A stretch of DNA of 63,676 nucleotides from the NCBI GenBank assembly GCA_028534125.1, contig CM052817.1:7008001-7071676 (forward strand), written 5' to 3'. Positions within the stretch are counted from its first letter, which is position 1. Every line of letters starts with the position of its first letter. Both the position numbers and the translations under genes were made by a program. Positions 1-12,700 of the stretch are shown here, one piece after another. The notes beneath the pieces are model-generated. The model made no database searches and was not told the origin of the DNA. It was given only the letters and a program-made list of their open reading frames with translations. The stretch comes from Lama glama. Lineage: Eukaryota.

Positions 1-147
1 CATTGTCATCAGCTGAGACGGGAAAGATGATGGGTAGATCAGATCTTGGGGGACCCCTTATCTTTTTCTTTCCACACCGTATCTAATTGGTCACAATCCA
101 TACAAATAAGAAACTAACAATAACAACCAAATTAATAAAAAGCATCT

Positions 148-372
148 AACATTTACTTAAAGCACATTATGCTCCTTTCCTTTCCTAGCACTTTACCTGT
201 ATGACCTCACTCAATGCTGATAATACACCACAAGGTTTTATTATCTACATGTTTACAGATAAAGGAAACTAAGTCCAGTAAGGCAAAGAAAACTTGCTCA
301 AGGTGACAGGCATTTTATAACAAAACTGGGATGTAACATCAAACATTTCAATTCCACAGTCTGAAATCTTGA
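148..372 (-). mobile_element. MIR SINE
   Basis: Reverse MIR core 'tttacagataaaggaaactaagtccagtaaggcaaagaaaacttgctcaaggtgaca'. Confidence 0.8.
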
Positions 373-654
373 CAGCTATGGTGAATAAATATGCATATAC
401 AATTCTCTTACATGTTTCTGCATTTCTTCTGCTATTGTTTTGGCTCTTACCCCTTCATCATTCTAAAGCAAGTGTTTCAAATCTGACGTTCCTTTCTGAT
501 AGCCTTGCCTCTTATTTTGCCATTCTGCATATAACTAAAACAGAGATCTTTATAGAAATTTCTAAATTAATTACATCATTCCTTCACTCAAATCCTTTGA
601 TGCTTCCATATTATCCACAGAATAAAACAGAATCGCCTCACCAGTTTACTCAGA

Positions 655-1357
655 CTAGGCGGTGGGCCCAGTCAGTTGCTCATACAACAATCAGCCCTTC
701 CCATCCTTGGGAAGAGCACCTTCATTGTGGCAATGTGCCCAGGCCCAGGGAAATAAGGTCAATCAGTCAATGATAGTCATGGTTATTGCATTAGGAGTTA
801 CCTGTGACTAGACTGGGAGTGAGCATGGAACTCCCCTCTTACTTACCAAAATAAATGGTGCCCAATTAAACTCTAATTTCAGATAAATAGCCAGCTATTT
901 TTTTGTGTATGTTCCAAATAATATACTAAACATTGTTTATTGCTTATCTGAAATTCATATTTAATGATCTTGTGTTTTTATTTTCCAAACTTGGGAACTG
1001 TAAACAAAAGAAGAAATCTACTGGAAGCCCATGGAAATACTTTGTCTCCCTTAGAAAAATAAAAGGAGAGCTTGAAGAGATGGTCTGTTTACTCCCACTC
1101 TTGCCCTCCGCATATGGGACATGGTTCTGGGGCACTCTAATGATGCTTGTTGCTATGGTAGCCATCTAACCGTCTTGCAATAATGAGGGAAAAGCCAAGA
1201 GAACGTCAAACATTCGAACCCAGTGCCCTAGTGTCTTTGAGCCATTGAACCAGATCTGAAACTACTTCCTTCCAAACACTAATTAGAAGCCCCTGTTACT
1301 TACAGCTCTACTAGGTTAGCTGTCTGTTACTTGCCACTGACGGCATCTTATGTGATG
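655..1357 (+). mobile_element. MaLR LTR, MLT1J/K-like (interrupted by MER53)
   Basis: Ends 'ggttagctgtctgttacttgccactgacggcatcttatgtgat', the typical old MLT1 terminus. Confidence 0.65.
841..1002. mobile_element. MER53 palindromic hAT-type MITE
   Basis: 'cccaattaaactctaatttcagataaa...ttatctgaaattcatatttaa...ttgggaactgta'; perfect 12-bp inverted arms at 875-886 and 944-955. Confidence 0.8.
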
Positions 1358-1609
1358 GAGGCAGTTGATGATCTAGCCTCTGTTTACTTCTCAGTCCCAC
1401 TTTCACCATCATCAGCGATGGGAGGGTACCTTCTAGTCTTATCAAATTATCTGTAGTCACCAAACATGTTATGTTCATGCACCTGTATTTTTATAAATTA
1501 TATTCATAAAATTATATTTTCCTCTCCTGATCTATATATGGATCCCTCTGATCATCTGCCACCTGTCACTCATTCTTTAAGCTTATAATCAAAGGGTTAT
1601 TTTTCATTA

Positions 1610-2820
1610 ATGTATTTATTTATTCACAAGCCCATTAACTCAACCAACACATATTTAGTGCACAGATACAATGGTTTAGTCAGTGTGATAAGTATTAAGA
1701 AAAAATAGTGAACAATATAAACACTGTTTTTTGCCCTCAGTAAGCTCATGGTCTGGTGGAACACTCAGACTTCAGATAAACAATTATGCCATGATTTACT
1801 TAAGCTCAATGGTGAAAAGTGTTAAAATAGCAAAATGCAGCATGTAAGAGAACAAATCAGGGTTAACCCAAAGGGGTCTAAGAAGGAGAGGTATTTGTGT
1901 GAATATGTTAAGGGAGGTGAGGCATTGCCCCAAGCCAAGTAATGTGGACAACCTCTTGAGACTGGAAAAGACACAGAAGTGACGTCTCCCCTTTCTCCTC
2001 CAGAAAGAACACAGCCCAGCCAATATCTTATTTTTAGCTACCTGAGACCCATTCCAAATACTTGTACTCCCAAACTGTAAGATAATACATCTGTGTTGTT
2101 TTGAGTTTGTAGTCATTTGTTACAGCAGCAATAAGACACTAACATGCATGGGTATGAGCCAAGTCCATTGCACAAGGGTCACAGTCCCCATAGGACTATG
2201 GGGAAGATGTCGCACCTATCCACTGAACCCAACAAATCCTTCATAAGGCTTAAAGCAGAGATGACATGACTGGGGGTCTTATTAAAAGGTCTATTTTGTC
2301 TGGTGGATAGAAAATGGATTAGAAGATCACAAGAGTGGATCCTGGTAGACCTGTTATAAAAGTACTAGGGTGGTCCATGCCAGAAGTGATGGTGACAGGA
2401 CCAAGGTGAAGCAGTGGTGACAGAGAGAAGCAGTCCCCATGAGAGCTATTTAAGGACTACTTGAGAATGGATGTGGATGTGTGGTATAATGGAGAGGAAG
2501 GTACTATTTTTGACTCCGTTTTCTGCTTTAAACAAATAGGTGGATGGAATTACTATTTGAAGAAAGAGAAAACTGCTTAGAACCAGATCTAGCTTAGAGG
2601 CTTAGGGGAGACCATGAGATAAATTCTATTAATTTTGATGAAGCTGGGAAATAGCCTAGGGAAAAATGTTCTACGGGTACCTTGTAAGTGGGTTTGGACT
2701 TTGAAGAGCAATCAAGTCTAGGGACTTAAATTTGGCAAAGAGATGGCAATTTAGACCATGGGAGTGGACGGTAGCAGCTATGAAGAGAATACAGCGCGAG
2801 AAGAATCTCAAGATTGCACA
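1610..2820 (-). mobile_element. L2 LINE 3' region, split by MLT1D
   Basis: Reverse L2 tail 'caacacatatttagtgcac...ttgccctcagtaagctcatggtctggtgga', with further L2-like sequence at 2240-2820. Confidence 0.7.
1915..2145 (+). mobile_element. MaLR LTR 3' half, MLT1D-like
   Basis: 'ccagaaagaacacagcccagccaatatcttatttttagc...aactgtaagataatacatctgtgttgtttt...tttgttacagcagcaataagacactaaca'. Confidence 0.85.
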
Positions 2821-2839
2821 CATCAGCATTTAGAAGTTG

Positions 2840-3040
2840 TGGAGAGCAAATCCAGACTGCTGCTGGTTTTATAAATAAAACTGTACTGACACACAGCGAC
2901 GCTTTCTTTAGATCTTGTTGACGGCTGCCTCTGCCCTACGAGGGAAGAACTGAGTAGCTCAGCAGTGACCCTGTATAGTCCACAAAACCGAAAATGTTTA
3001 TCTGACCATTTACAGAAAAATCTGCCAAACATTGATATAG
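2840..3040 (+). mobile_element. MER58A-like hAT-Charlie DNA transposon
   Basis: 'gcaaatccagactgctgctggttttataaataaaactgtactgacacacagc...tgaccatttacagaaaaatctgccaa'. Confidence 0.8.
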
Positions 3041-3149
3041 ATGAGGAGTAAATAAAGAGAATTTAGAAAAATTCAATGATAAAATAAAACCCCTTTGTAA
3101 CTATTTCACTGATATCTACTTCAGAATTACTTGTTCCCCCTTCCCCATT

Positions 3150-3352
3150 GCCTTGTTCTGACTTCTTTTCAGATACCACCATTATTTGTCAGTTTATTCT
3201 AATTATCCTGTTACTCATCTGTCTCCTCTACTGGACCATGAGTTCCTTGGGGGCAGAGGTGGTATCGTCTTTACATCTGAATCCGCAGAGCCGAACACAG
3301 TGCCCACGTCGCATGGCAGGTGCCTTGGCCATGTCTGCCTACTGAGTGAATC
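3150..3352 (+). mobile_element. L2 3' end
   Basis: 'tgtctcctctactggaccatgagttccttgggggcagagg...cacagtgcccacgtcgcatggcaggtgc...tgagtgaat'. Confidence 0.75.
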
Positions 3353-4334
3353 CACGCAGCAAGGTTAGTCATAATAATCAATAAATCCTTATTTATTCAA
3401 GGATTTTAGAAAGTATACCTTTCTTGACTGATAGCAAGAGAGAGTTTAGTGGGGCTCAGGTCCAGTGTTGTTAAAATAAGATAAAGTTTCCAGCTGCTAC
3501 AAACCATTTGTTTAGTAATAATAAAGAAAGATTTCACAGGCATTCTCCTGATTATATGTGATTGCTTTCATCTCCACAGCCTGCCCCCTGGTCAGTTGGT
3601 GAAGAATTCAGGCTTTTGGGAAACTCTCCAACCCTGAAGGGAGGATTTGGGCATTTTTCCCAGGAGAACATTTTCTGAAGAAAAATAAAGATTTTTAAAG
3701 GTAAAAAAAAAATATGCAGAAGTGGAATAATATTTTGAATGTTATAGTTATAATTAATATTTTTATCAGAAATGTGTGAAGTTAACACTCAAAATATAGA
3801 AATGTGTGAGTTAGGATTCAACAGAAGTAATTTGTTTAAAATCTAAATGACACGAGATGTATGTTTTATACAGGTGCACTTACTTGGCATCAACGTGCAA
3901 CAGATATTTTTGGAAATTATTCACTTTTTGGATTTTTTTTTCTTTCCACTTAAAAAACCTTCATCTTTGAATTTGTTTTAGTGAGTGAACTCTCGGTTGC
4001 TGGAAGAGTGAGATTAGATCCATTCCACATGATTTGCATGCAGCTTTTCACAAACATGGTGCAATGGTCCACTCATACCAGATGTCCCTGGATATAAGTA
4101 AGAAACTGTTCCCTAGAATAATGTTTTTTCTTTTTTAAATTATTTTTCCAGGATTGATTTTGTATTAGTTCCTGCAGAAGCCCATCACTGAGTATGAAAT
4201 CTGAGATAAGCTGTCTGTCACATCCCTCTAGCCACTGCTCCTATGTCCCCATTGCACACTGTGAGTTTCCTTATCACTGCATATATATAGTTCTTTTCTA
4301 TTACTCTCTGCATTTGTTGTTTACACTGCCACAC

Positions 4335-4790
4335 AACTGTTGCATAACAACCTCAAACACTCGCTGGCGTGGAGCAGTAACCATTTACTGAGCTCACAAT
4401 CTGCAGGGTTTATCTGAGCTGCACAGGACTCACTCATGCTTTGTGGTCAGTTTCAGGCAGGCTAAGAGTCTGTGCTGGTCTTGGCCTAGGACTGGTTGAC
4501 CACCTGTCAGCTGGTTGAGGATGACCTTTGTCTGAAAACTGGGATAACTCAGCTTCCTCCTGTTCCTGGTGTTTCATCTTCTGGCATGGGCAGACAGTCT
4601 CAGACATGTTCTCTTGTCCCTGGCAGAAGACTGAGAAAGAGTAAGCCATACCAGGAAAACACTTTTCAAGTTTTTCATTGCATCACATTTTACAGACTCT
4701 TTGGCCAAGCTAATGACGTGGTTGAATCTAGACTCAAGGTTAGAGCAGCTGCACCCATGGGCACCACAAGGCTCCATTAATGATGAGGCC
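4335..4790 (-). mobile_element. MaLR LTR, MLT1H-like
   Basis: 'tgttgcataacaacctcaaacactc...ccatttactgagctcacaatctgcagg...ttggccaagctaatgacgtggttgaatctagactcaag'. Confidence 0.7.
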
Positions 4791-4802
4791 ATCAATGACA
4801 GA

Positions 4803-5060
4803 GGAGGTGTTTAAGCACAGAGTTTGGAGCCAGACTTCCTGGGTACAAGTCCCAGCTCCTCGACATAAAAGCTGTGCAACTTTGGATAACTTACCTACCC
4901 ACTCTGTGTCTTGGGTTTCCTCATTTACAAAATGAAGGTGATGATATTATACACTACATAGATTTATTGTAAAGAAAACATATGTTATTATGTGTAAATT
5001 GCTTGGAGAAGGACATGACACAAAGAAAATGCTTAATAAATTTAGTTATTGTTATTACTA
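4803..5060 (+). mobile_element. MIR SINE, near full length
   Basis: 'ttggagccagacttcctgggtacaagtcccagctcc...gtttcctcatttacaaaatg...gcttaataaatttagttattgtt'. Confidence 0.9.
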
Positions 5061-5391
5061 TTGCTAGTAGCAATAATAGTAACAGCAGTATTTTTGCTTA
5101 GAGTTGAGCTTCAAGAATTAGACTTTGACTTAAATTATGGCTGAGATATAGGAAGAATTGGAGTGTGTATTAGGAAAAAGCTAGCTGCTCATACCGAATC
5201 CTAATTTTAGTAGCTAAGCATAATGAAAGATTAAATCCTGCTCATATAACTGTTTAGATGTTTCTGATGAAGAGTATCTTTCCTTTGTGCATCTAACCTA
5301 GAGTCTGGCCCAAATAAGTGCTCAGTGAAAACTGACTCCAGTCTCTGTAAGAGGTAATGTTTCCATTTAACATCTGCCATCTTTCAAACAG

Positions 5392-5833
5392 TGGTGGTGT
5401 GCTGGACACTGTAATAAGGTATCCAGACCCTCATTCAGAAACTAAGAACCAGCTTCAAGGGGAGCTTCCAACCAACAGCCCTAAGATGTCAACCTTCCCT
5501 TGGGATCGCCTTATCTGGAGAGAGCTGCTTGCCCATGGTCATACCCTCTCCAGGATAGCTAGCATCTAATGATGGATCAAAACAAGTGTTTAAAGACCTG
5601 GCCCTCCTACTCCACCATGGAATGACTCATCAGCACTGTCTCATCTGCAGAACTCCTCACAAGGGTGACCAAGTCTTCCACCGAAACCACATCACAAATT
5701 AGCCTGTCCCTCCTCACATCTTTTTATATCCTCTGCCTTCTACAGGTGTTGATTTCAAGAGGAACTTCAAACCACCCCCCCGGAACCCAAATCTCCATTT
5801 CAGAGTCAGCTTCCTGGAGAACCCCACTTACAA
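5392..5833 (+). mobile_element. ERVL solo LTR, LTR16C-like
   Basis: LTR16 terminus 'aaatctccatttcagagtcagcttcctggagaaccccacttaca'. Confidence 0.75.
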
Positions 5834-6049
5834 ATGGTTGTACAAAAACTCACTGAACCATTTTGAATAAGAGTCTTGAGAGTCTACACAGTGCCTCAAA
5901 CTTTTTTTTTGAATCTACAGTGTTCACCTCATCATAAAAGAAGTTTTCTTGAAATAGCTTTTACATGATACACATTTTTATGATTTGCTCCTGATTCCTT
6001 TTCCCTTGATAGAAGTTTATGGAGAATACCTTATTACTCTTCAGATACA

Positions 6050-6190
6050 CTCTACATTCACCAAAAGATAGGGTCATGGACTTTTCCATCTCTGATACCA
6101 TATTGCTTTTCTCAATGCATTGTACTTAGTGAGTGTATACTGAATAAATTGGTGACTGACTGTATTAACAAACTAACAGATGAATGAATA
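6050..6190 (+). mobile_element. L2 3' end
   Basis: Ends 'tgaataaattggtgactgactg...gatgaatgaat'. Confidence 0.5.
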
Positions 6191-6864
6191 TAGAGTTCTA
6201 ACTCATGAAGTTCTTTTTTATCTTGAATGATGTTTTTTTGAGGTATAAAATTATGCTTAGATGTTGAAATCAAAACACTAAAATAATGAGAATCTGGAGG
6301 CTGCCTCACATGCAAGAAATCTTCAGCTATTAGAAAGTAATAAATTTTTAGAAAATAAATTGGAAAAAGAGAGAATTGGTAGCAACGTCAGACTTAGGAA
6401 TGCAAGATAGTATAATAAAGCAGCACTTATGTAAGCAATTACGCCAAATCATAGAAGGCATTTGGGCTTGGTCCTTGAGAATGCCATTTCATGTTGACCT
6501 TTGCATTAGAAGATGTGGCAGTTGACAGACATGCATTTGAAGATTATGAATGCTAAGTGGAAAGGCTGGGTTTGTGTTTGAGTTTATGTAGCAGGGTGCT
6601 GCTCCCTTTGAGTGTGTTGAGAGACAGCTGTCTGCATTGTGTGTCTAGAAATCCTGGAGGCCATCCACCATGTTCTTCATGTCCACACATCCTCCACCAT
6701 GACATTAATGTGACAGCATGAAAGCACAAAATTCAGCCAAGCCTTTCCACTGACTAAAGTCCTTCAAAGAATCCTCATCACTTGTAGGGTACAGTGGAAA
6801 CTCATTACCATGGTGTAAAAATGCATCAGAATTTGACTCATTTTATTTTGTTATCCAATGGTAC

Positions 6865-7308
6865 CAAATCTCTTATCTTTTCTATTTGTTTTAACTTGGC
6901 CAACAGTTCTTCCCATTCCTTCCGGTAAAAACTACTTATATTTCCTTCGGGAAAAGGAATCACCCATTTAATGTGGTTTCTTGGAGATTATCACTCTCAG
7001 TGACCTGCCTGTCCCACCACCAAGACAAGCATAAGGTCTAGGGAAGCCGCAGGGCTTGATTCAAAGTGGGTGCATGAGGGCCAAAGTCCTCAGTGAAAAC
7101 TAATATATGGTTCTGTGAAACATGCAATCCTTCTTCTTCTAGCTTGGCAACCACAGGCTTAGAAGTACAAATTGTATTTTTCATCAGATGAAGTAATCCT
7201 GCCTGTTTGAGAATAATTCCAAAATAGTGAGAGGAGAGGCAAGAAAGAGAGAGGGAGGGGGTAATAAGAGAGAGAGAGAAAGGATAGATAGATACATACA
7301 TACATACG

Positions 7309-7353
<45 letters not shown>

Positions 7354-7538
7354 ACATACATACACACACACAAACATAGAAAGAATCTCTGACAACATTG
7401 CACGAGCCCCTGGATGCATCATGCCTAAAAGGAGATTCTCCCTCAGTTGTCCTTGAATATCATTCAATAAAATACCTTGTAAGCTAATTCCGGTTTAGCT
7501 TTCTTTCGGACATTAGAAACTGCATGAGGCATAACATA
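6865..7538 (+). mobile_element. Old MaLR LTR (MLT1I-L class) containing a compound microsatellite
   Basis: 'cccattccttccggtaaaaactac...' through 'caataaaataccttgtaagctaattccggtttagc'. Confidence 0.55.
7245..7372. repeat. Compound microsatellite (GA)n(GATA)n(CATA)n(CA)n
   Basis: Directly visible in the sequence. Confidence 0.95.
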
Positions 7539-7574
7539 CTTTATAACACTAATTGTCCCAGAGAAATTGTACCA

Positions 7575-7920
7575 TCTGCCCTGCCTGGAATGCTCTTTCA
7601 GTCTTTGACTATTTGATCAACTTCTTTCCATTCTTCAAAACGCAAATAACATATCAACACATCTGAGAAAGCCTTTCCTTCCCCTTCCGGCTCTCCATCT
7701 AAGCTGTGAGCTAATCTTTCCCTCTTTAGTGCTACCCCTGTCTTGTGGTTACTGTTTTACTGGCCACATTAAAAGGCAGCAGTGGTATCTTTGCTTATGT
7801 GTCAGCTTTTCCCATTTATTTGGAAACTCTTGTTAAGTGAAAGTTGTGACATTTTCTCATACTATCATTTTTATTCCTACAGCCTGGCAGAAAGAAGATG
7901 TTTATTAAAGGCTCAATGAT
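7575..7920 (+). mobile_element. L2 3' region
   Basis: 'ctgcctggaatgctctttc...ttcttcaaaacgcaaataacatatcaacacatctgagaaagcctttcc'. Confidence 0.65.
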
Positions 7921-8337
7921 TTAAACCCTGGACTCTAGTAAGTTGTGTGTTAATTTATATCTATGTCTACATTTATAATTTATATTCATATCAGATCTCA
8001 CACAGCTACCTACCAGGTGCAACAATGCTTGCAAAGCACCATATGTGCATAATGTACACTATGTTTTGCACATGAGCACTGCTATTTATTTTGAAAATAA
8101 ATTGAATGAGGATCAGAGGGGTTATGCAATTTTCCAAGTTTCCAGGATTCAAAATCGAAGTGTCCAGTGTTAGTCCTGGCTTGTCATAGTTGTACGGTTG
8201 TGAATTTCGTATGAGCAGGATCCCTCAAGATTTAGCCAGGATAACCAGCACACGGGGAACCTACCGCAGTAGTAACAGGTGGCACACGTTTTGGTGGCCC
8301 AGGAGAGGGATTAACTCTCTGTCTGGGAGTATGGAGT

Positions 8338-8945
8338 GTATCTATTATTTTGTATTGCTTTGAAACAAGTTATCACAAATTTAGCAGCTTACAACAGCAC
8401 CATTTATTATTTCATAGCTTGGAAGTTGAATCAAGTCTAAACTAGGTTCTCTGCTCTGGGTCTTACATTCAAGGTGTTGACTGGTTTCATTCATATCTGG
8501 AGGCTCTGGAAAAGAATCTGCTTCTAAACTCATTAGTTGTTGGCAGACCCGGCTTCTTACAGACGTGAAACTGCAGTTTAAACATTCTTGTTGGCCCTTG
8601 AATGAAGGTCACTTTCAACTTCTAAAGAGCATTCTCCATATTTACAACATAATTCTCTTCATCTTCAAAGTCAGGAGTGAATTATCTTCCCCTTGTCAGA
8701 TCCTGCTCCCCTTTCAAATATCTTCTTTTCCTGGGGGATTCCTGTCTCTTTGACAGCTTCTCTTGATTAGATTGGGCCAACCAAAGATAATCTCCTTATC
8801 TTAAAATCAACTGATTTGGGAACTTAATTACATCTGCAAAATCCCTTCACAGCAGCACTTAGATTCCTGCTTGATTAAGTAACTGGGAGAGGGTATGTAT
8901 ACCCTAGGGGTTGGGAATCTCAGGGAACATCTTAGAATTCTCCTT
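8338..8945 (-). mobile_element. MaLR LTR, MLT1E-like
   Basis: 'aaatttagcagcttacaacagcaccatttattatttcatag...gataatctccttatcttaaaatcaactgatttgggaacttaattacatctgcaaaatcccttcacagcagc'. Confidence 0.85.
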
Positions 8946-10376
8946 GTGGGGTGGTGCATCTTTTTATGAGAATAGGATTTATACTTCCCTATTAATATCT
9001 TTCTGCTGTGGAATCTCTTCCACGACCCATGATTCCTCAAAAAACACTCAGTATCTGCAGTTTCTCTTAGTGCCAACTGGGGAGGCTAGATACTATAAAC
9101 ACAAGTCCTGCTTCGCCATCAGACCCTGGCATCAGACTGTGACCAGAAATGAGTGTTCTCTTTTGAGTGGTAGACAGGGGTACATAAAAAGTGATCAGAT
9201 TTTGATGATCTGAAAAAAAAAAAGCAAGATCATTAGTAAGTGAAGGAAATGTAGGTGTTTAGCCTTGAAAAGAAAAAGTGAATTAGGATTTTAGAAGGCA
9301 TGACCGTGAAACTGAACGATAAGACAACCGATCTCAGGGATTTGTCTCCCAACAATTACCTCTGTTAACACATGGCCTGCTTCCCACTGGGAGGAACATT
9401 CTTTCTGGAGTTATTGAAATAAAGTGGAAACCGCAACATCATGTCACATCATTTTTTTTTGCCACTCACCCTGGTGTAGTTCAGAAAGTGATCTTACTAC
9501 TTAACGAGGTGCAAGTCCTTCCCCAGTCCACCATGAAGCCAAAATCCAGTGACACTTCTGAGTACATTTACTTCCTACAACACTAACATGTAGTAAGGAT
9601 GAAACACAAGTGTTTGTGCATGTGAATTAATTAATTTTATCATTTTGAACAATACATAGATTTCAGAGGCAAACCGCTTTCTTAGCTGTTTCATTATTTT
9701 CAACTATTCTTTTGATCATCCTCTGACTGTTCATATAGCTTTTTAGGCTTAAACTACCTTTTTCAATCCACATAGTTTCCACAAATATTCTGCCTCCTAC
9801 TTAATACACATTAGGCAGCTCCAAAAAGATTCTGAAAACAACTTCACTTTGATTAACATTGCTAATGAAAAATGCTGATTTGACTCAGCCGCATGACAGC
9901 AAATGGTCTTACAGAAATTTCCAAGGAGAGTAAAGTGAAAAAATGCAGAAGTTACTTGTCTCCACCATGGTGAGAATTCTAATTTCGTGCGTATACTTCT
10001 GATCCCTTTGGCTTTGGTTGCTAATTTGATTATACTTTTGTTTCATCAATTTAGGGACATAGATGAGTGAAAAGTAGGTTCACTTAATTTGCACAAGATC
10101 AAAAGGATAGATGCTTAGAAGTAATAATATGATTCTACCTTGAACTCCTTACAGTTTCGTAAATGAGCTGAATATAGATTCATACGTATAGAAATGCATA
10201 TACAAGATTTATGACATAAATATATATATGTGCATGTACATATATATTTTATGTATTATTTATGTGTCTATATCTGTATTCAGAACAAGCCAAGCAAGTG
10301 CCTGGTCTGGCCAGACTATCGTAGCAACTTGAGTTAATACCTAATGATTTTTTGCAGAACGATGATGGCTTAACAT

Positions 10377-10810
10377 GAGTATCTTATCTTGAGTTTCCCT
10401 GTAGTAAGAGGCTAAGACAAAATTTCAAGTGTAAGTTGTTGATTTAGGGATTGAGGAAAACTTTATCAGGCAAATGAGTATGTACGTAATGAAAAGGAAG
10501 ACATGTTTTCAGAGTGCACTCTTAGGCTACCTTCGGTGTGGGCGACTAACTAGAGTCTCGACCTGCTAGTGTAGAACACATACCTTGGAGTTACCCTACC
10601 TGAGGATCAAGAGAATCGAGGTAGCTATGCACCAGCTCCCATCAATATATGAGTGAAGGTTCCCTCAGGAGACAAGATGGGTTAAGTCCCCACAGATGCC
10701 AGAAACCAGAAGAAACTCTCAGGCAAAACATATAAGAGCTGGTATTTGGAGGCCAGGCAGGTGTTGGTGCTGAAGCAGTAAGGGCACTTCAGTGTGAGCA
10801 GAACACCAAA
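10377..10810 (-). mobile_element. ERVL solo LTR, LTR33-like
   Basis: 'gagtttccctgtagtaagaggctaagacaaaatttcaagtgtaagttgttgatttaggga...gtgtagaacacataccttggagttaccctacctgagg'. Confidence 0.65.
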
Positions 10811-11249
10811 ATCAAGAAGAGCCAGTGAGTGAGTTCAATCCAACATTATGTTTTCGTGGAAATAATCAGGTGCTGGGAAAACGTATCCAAAGTGCTACCA
10901 GTAGGCTTGTACCTGAGAGCTGAGAGTCAAGACAGAAGAAGAAGATGTGACGGTGACCAGAAAGGAGCAGCCAGGGCTTTTGCTGTCTCTGGTCATCTAT
11001 ATCTCTTCCTGAATGGCCAAATATCATTTGAACAAGCATGGCTGAGATAGCAAAATAATTTTTGAGGAGGCAGATGGGGCCACTTCATGGCCTTCCACTG
11101 CTCCCTGGCCAGGGCAGCCCACCTCCCTGGAGTGCAGATTGCCCTGATAGTTTCCATTTGAATGGTCTACCCAAGGGTGAACGTCTTCCTTTCGCTTTCA
11201 CTGCTCTCACTTGCACTAAATTCGTTTTTCTCTCAATGACCAGAGCAAA

Positions 11250-11400
11250 CTGTACTTGCTCTTCTTATTATCACTGTTTCCTGGGTTCCTATGTGCTTCC
11301 ATCTTTGTCTCCCAGGAGATCTGTGAGGTCCTCAATGGCTAGAACATTTGTGGGAATCCTTTGTTTACACATAAGGGGCACTCAGGCATCTTACATCAGA
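11250..11400 (+). mobile_element. L2 3' fragment
   Basis: 'tttgtctcccaggagatctgtgaggtcctcaatggctaga'. Confidence 0.5.
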
Positions 11401-11602
11401 ATCCCATTTGCTCTCTTACTCTCTTGTCGGGTAAAGCGTATGGAGCAGCTCGGACAGAACTCTGCTGTGGATGCTTGATCCAGACATTGGGGGTGAGTCC
11501 CGCCTCATCTGATGCTGGGATCTGTAGAGAAATGGACAAATATTAAGCCGACACCTGAAGTTTAGAGCCAGATCTGGCTGTGCAGATGAGGGTCCTGTGT
11601 TT

Positions 11603-11760
11603 CTTTCATTCACTGAGCAAATATTATTGTGAGCCTTCTCTGATCTCACCAAGCACTGGGAATTTAAGATATAAAAACAGTATTGAAGGAGAAGTTCAAA
11701 CAGAGAGTTAACACAAACAAGTTTAAACAGGGGCCATGGTAGGGGTGAGTAGAAAAACAG
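11603..11760 (-). mobile_element. L2 3' end
   Basis: 'ttcattcactgagcaaatattattgtgagccttctctgatctcaccaagcactggg'. Confidence 0.55.
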
Positions 11761-12219
11761 TAGTGTGTGCTATAAGCGTGATGGAGGCCAGGAACGTGTG
11801 GCTTTGATGGCTGTTCCACATTCTTGTCCAACAGTGAGCACCATGTAGTCATTCCATGAGTCAGGAACTTGAACCTGATAACAAGTATTAAGAGTTCAGA
11901 AACCTGATGTTAGCTATGTGTAGACCAAATACTCAATCATAATGAAATCTTGCAGGCAAGAAAAGAGGCAAAAATATTTTATCCCATAGCATCCCTTCTC
12001 CACATACTACTTTCACTAATTTTTCATCCTTTGTGTGCAGAGCTGGCTCTGACATTATCTCCTCAATGATGGATAGCATCCAAAATCTCAGGATTTGAGA
12101 ATTATTTCTTTTGGAACGATTCTGCTACTTCTCTATATTTCTGGTCTGTAATGTTTTATGTATCTTTGATGACAGCCTAGATACTCTTGAAGTGTGAAAT
12201 CCAGGTGTCATGAGGTCTT

Positions 12220-12700
12220 TTATCAATTTGGATTAGGCTCAGCCACAGAGACAGGAAAGCCAAAATGAACTGGTTTAAATAGGCTAAAATGTGCCTCTTC
12301 TTAGAGACTGAAGCTAACGATACAAAGTTAGTGCGGTGGCTCCATTCTTTCTATCTGAAGGTTCTACCTTCAGATAGAAGGTTCTACCTTCAGATGCTAC
12401 TATTTTTAAGGTAGCTTCAGAATCCAACATGGACACTGGAGCCACATCCATTAAGACTACATTTTAGCCAACATGAAGGTGAAAAGAACACGTAGCCGGC
12501 TCTCTCTCTTCAAGAATACATTTCACAAGGTGCATTCACCACATCCACATACATTCTGTTGGCCAGAACTTGGTCACAGAATCAAATCTGTGAAAAGATA
12601 TGACTAGTTGAAAGGAAGGATGAAAATCTGGTCTATTTTGTGGATTATCATGTGCCTATCTAAAAAAAATGTGTGCTTTATCTGTAAGGCAGAAGTGACT
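12220..12700 (-). mobile_element. MaLR LTR, MLT1J-like
   Basis: 'tccaacatggacactggagccacatccatt...acattctgttggccagaacttggtcaca'. Confidence 0.7.

Larger units (their letters stand above)
460..1600 (+). mobile_element. L2 LINE fragment (about 460-650 and 1365-1600), split by an MLT1 LTR
   Basis: 'cattctgcatataactaaaacagagatcttt...tgcttccatattatccacagaataaaac' resembles the L2 3' region, which resumes at 'atgatctagcctctgtttacttctc'. Confidence 0.6.

Noticed and set aside
7038..7467. Cys/Val-rich ORFs
   Set aside because: Translations of the (CA)n/(CATA)n microsatellite
9240..9420. CR1/L3 fragment (similar hints at about 28890-29110)
   Set aside because: Resemblance too weak to call by eye; needs an HMM search
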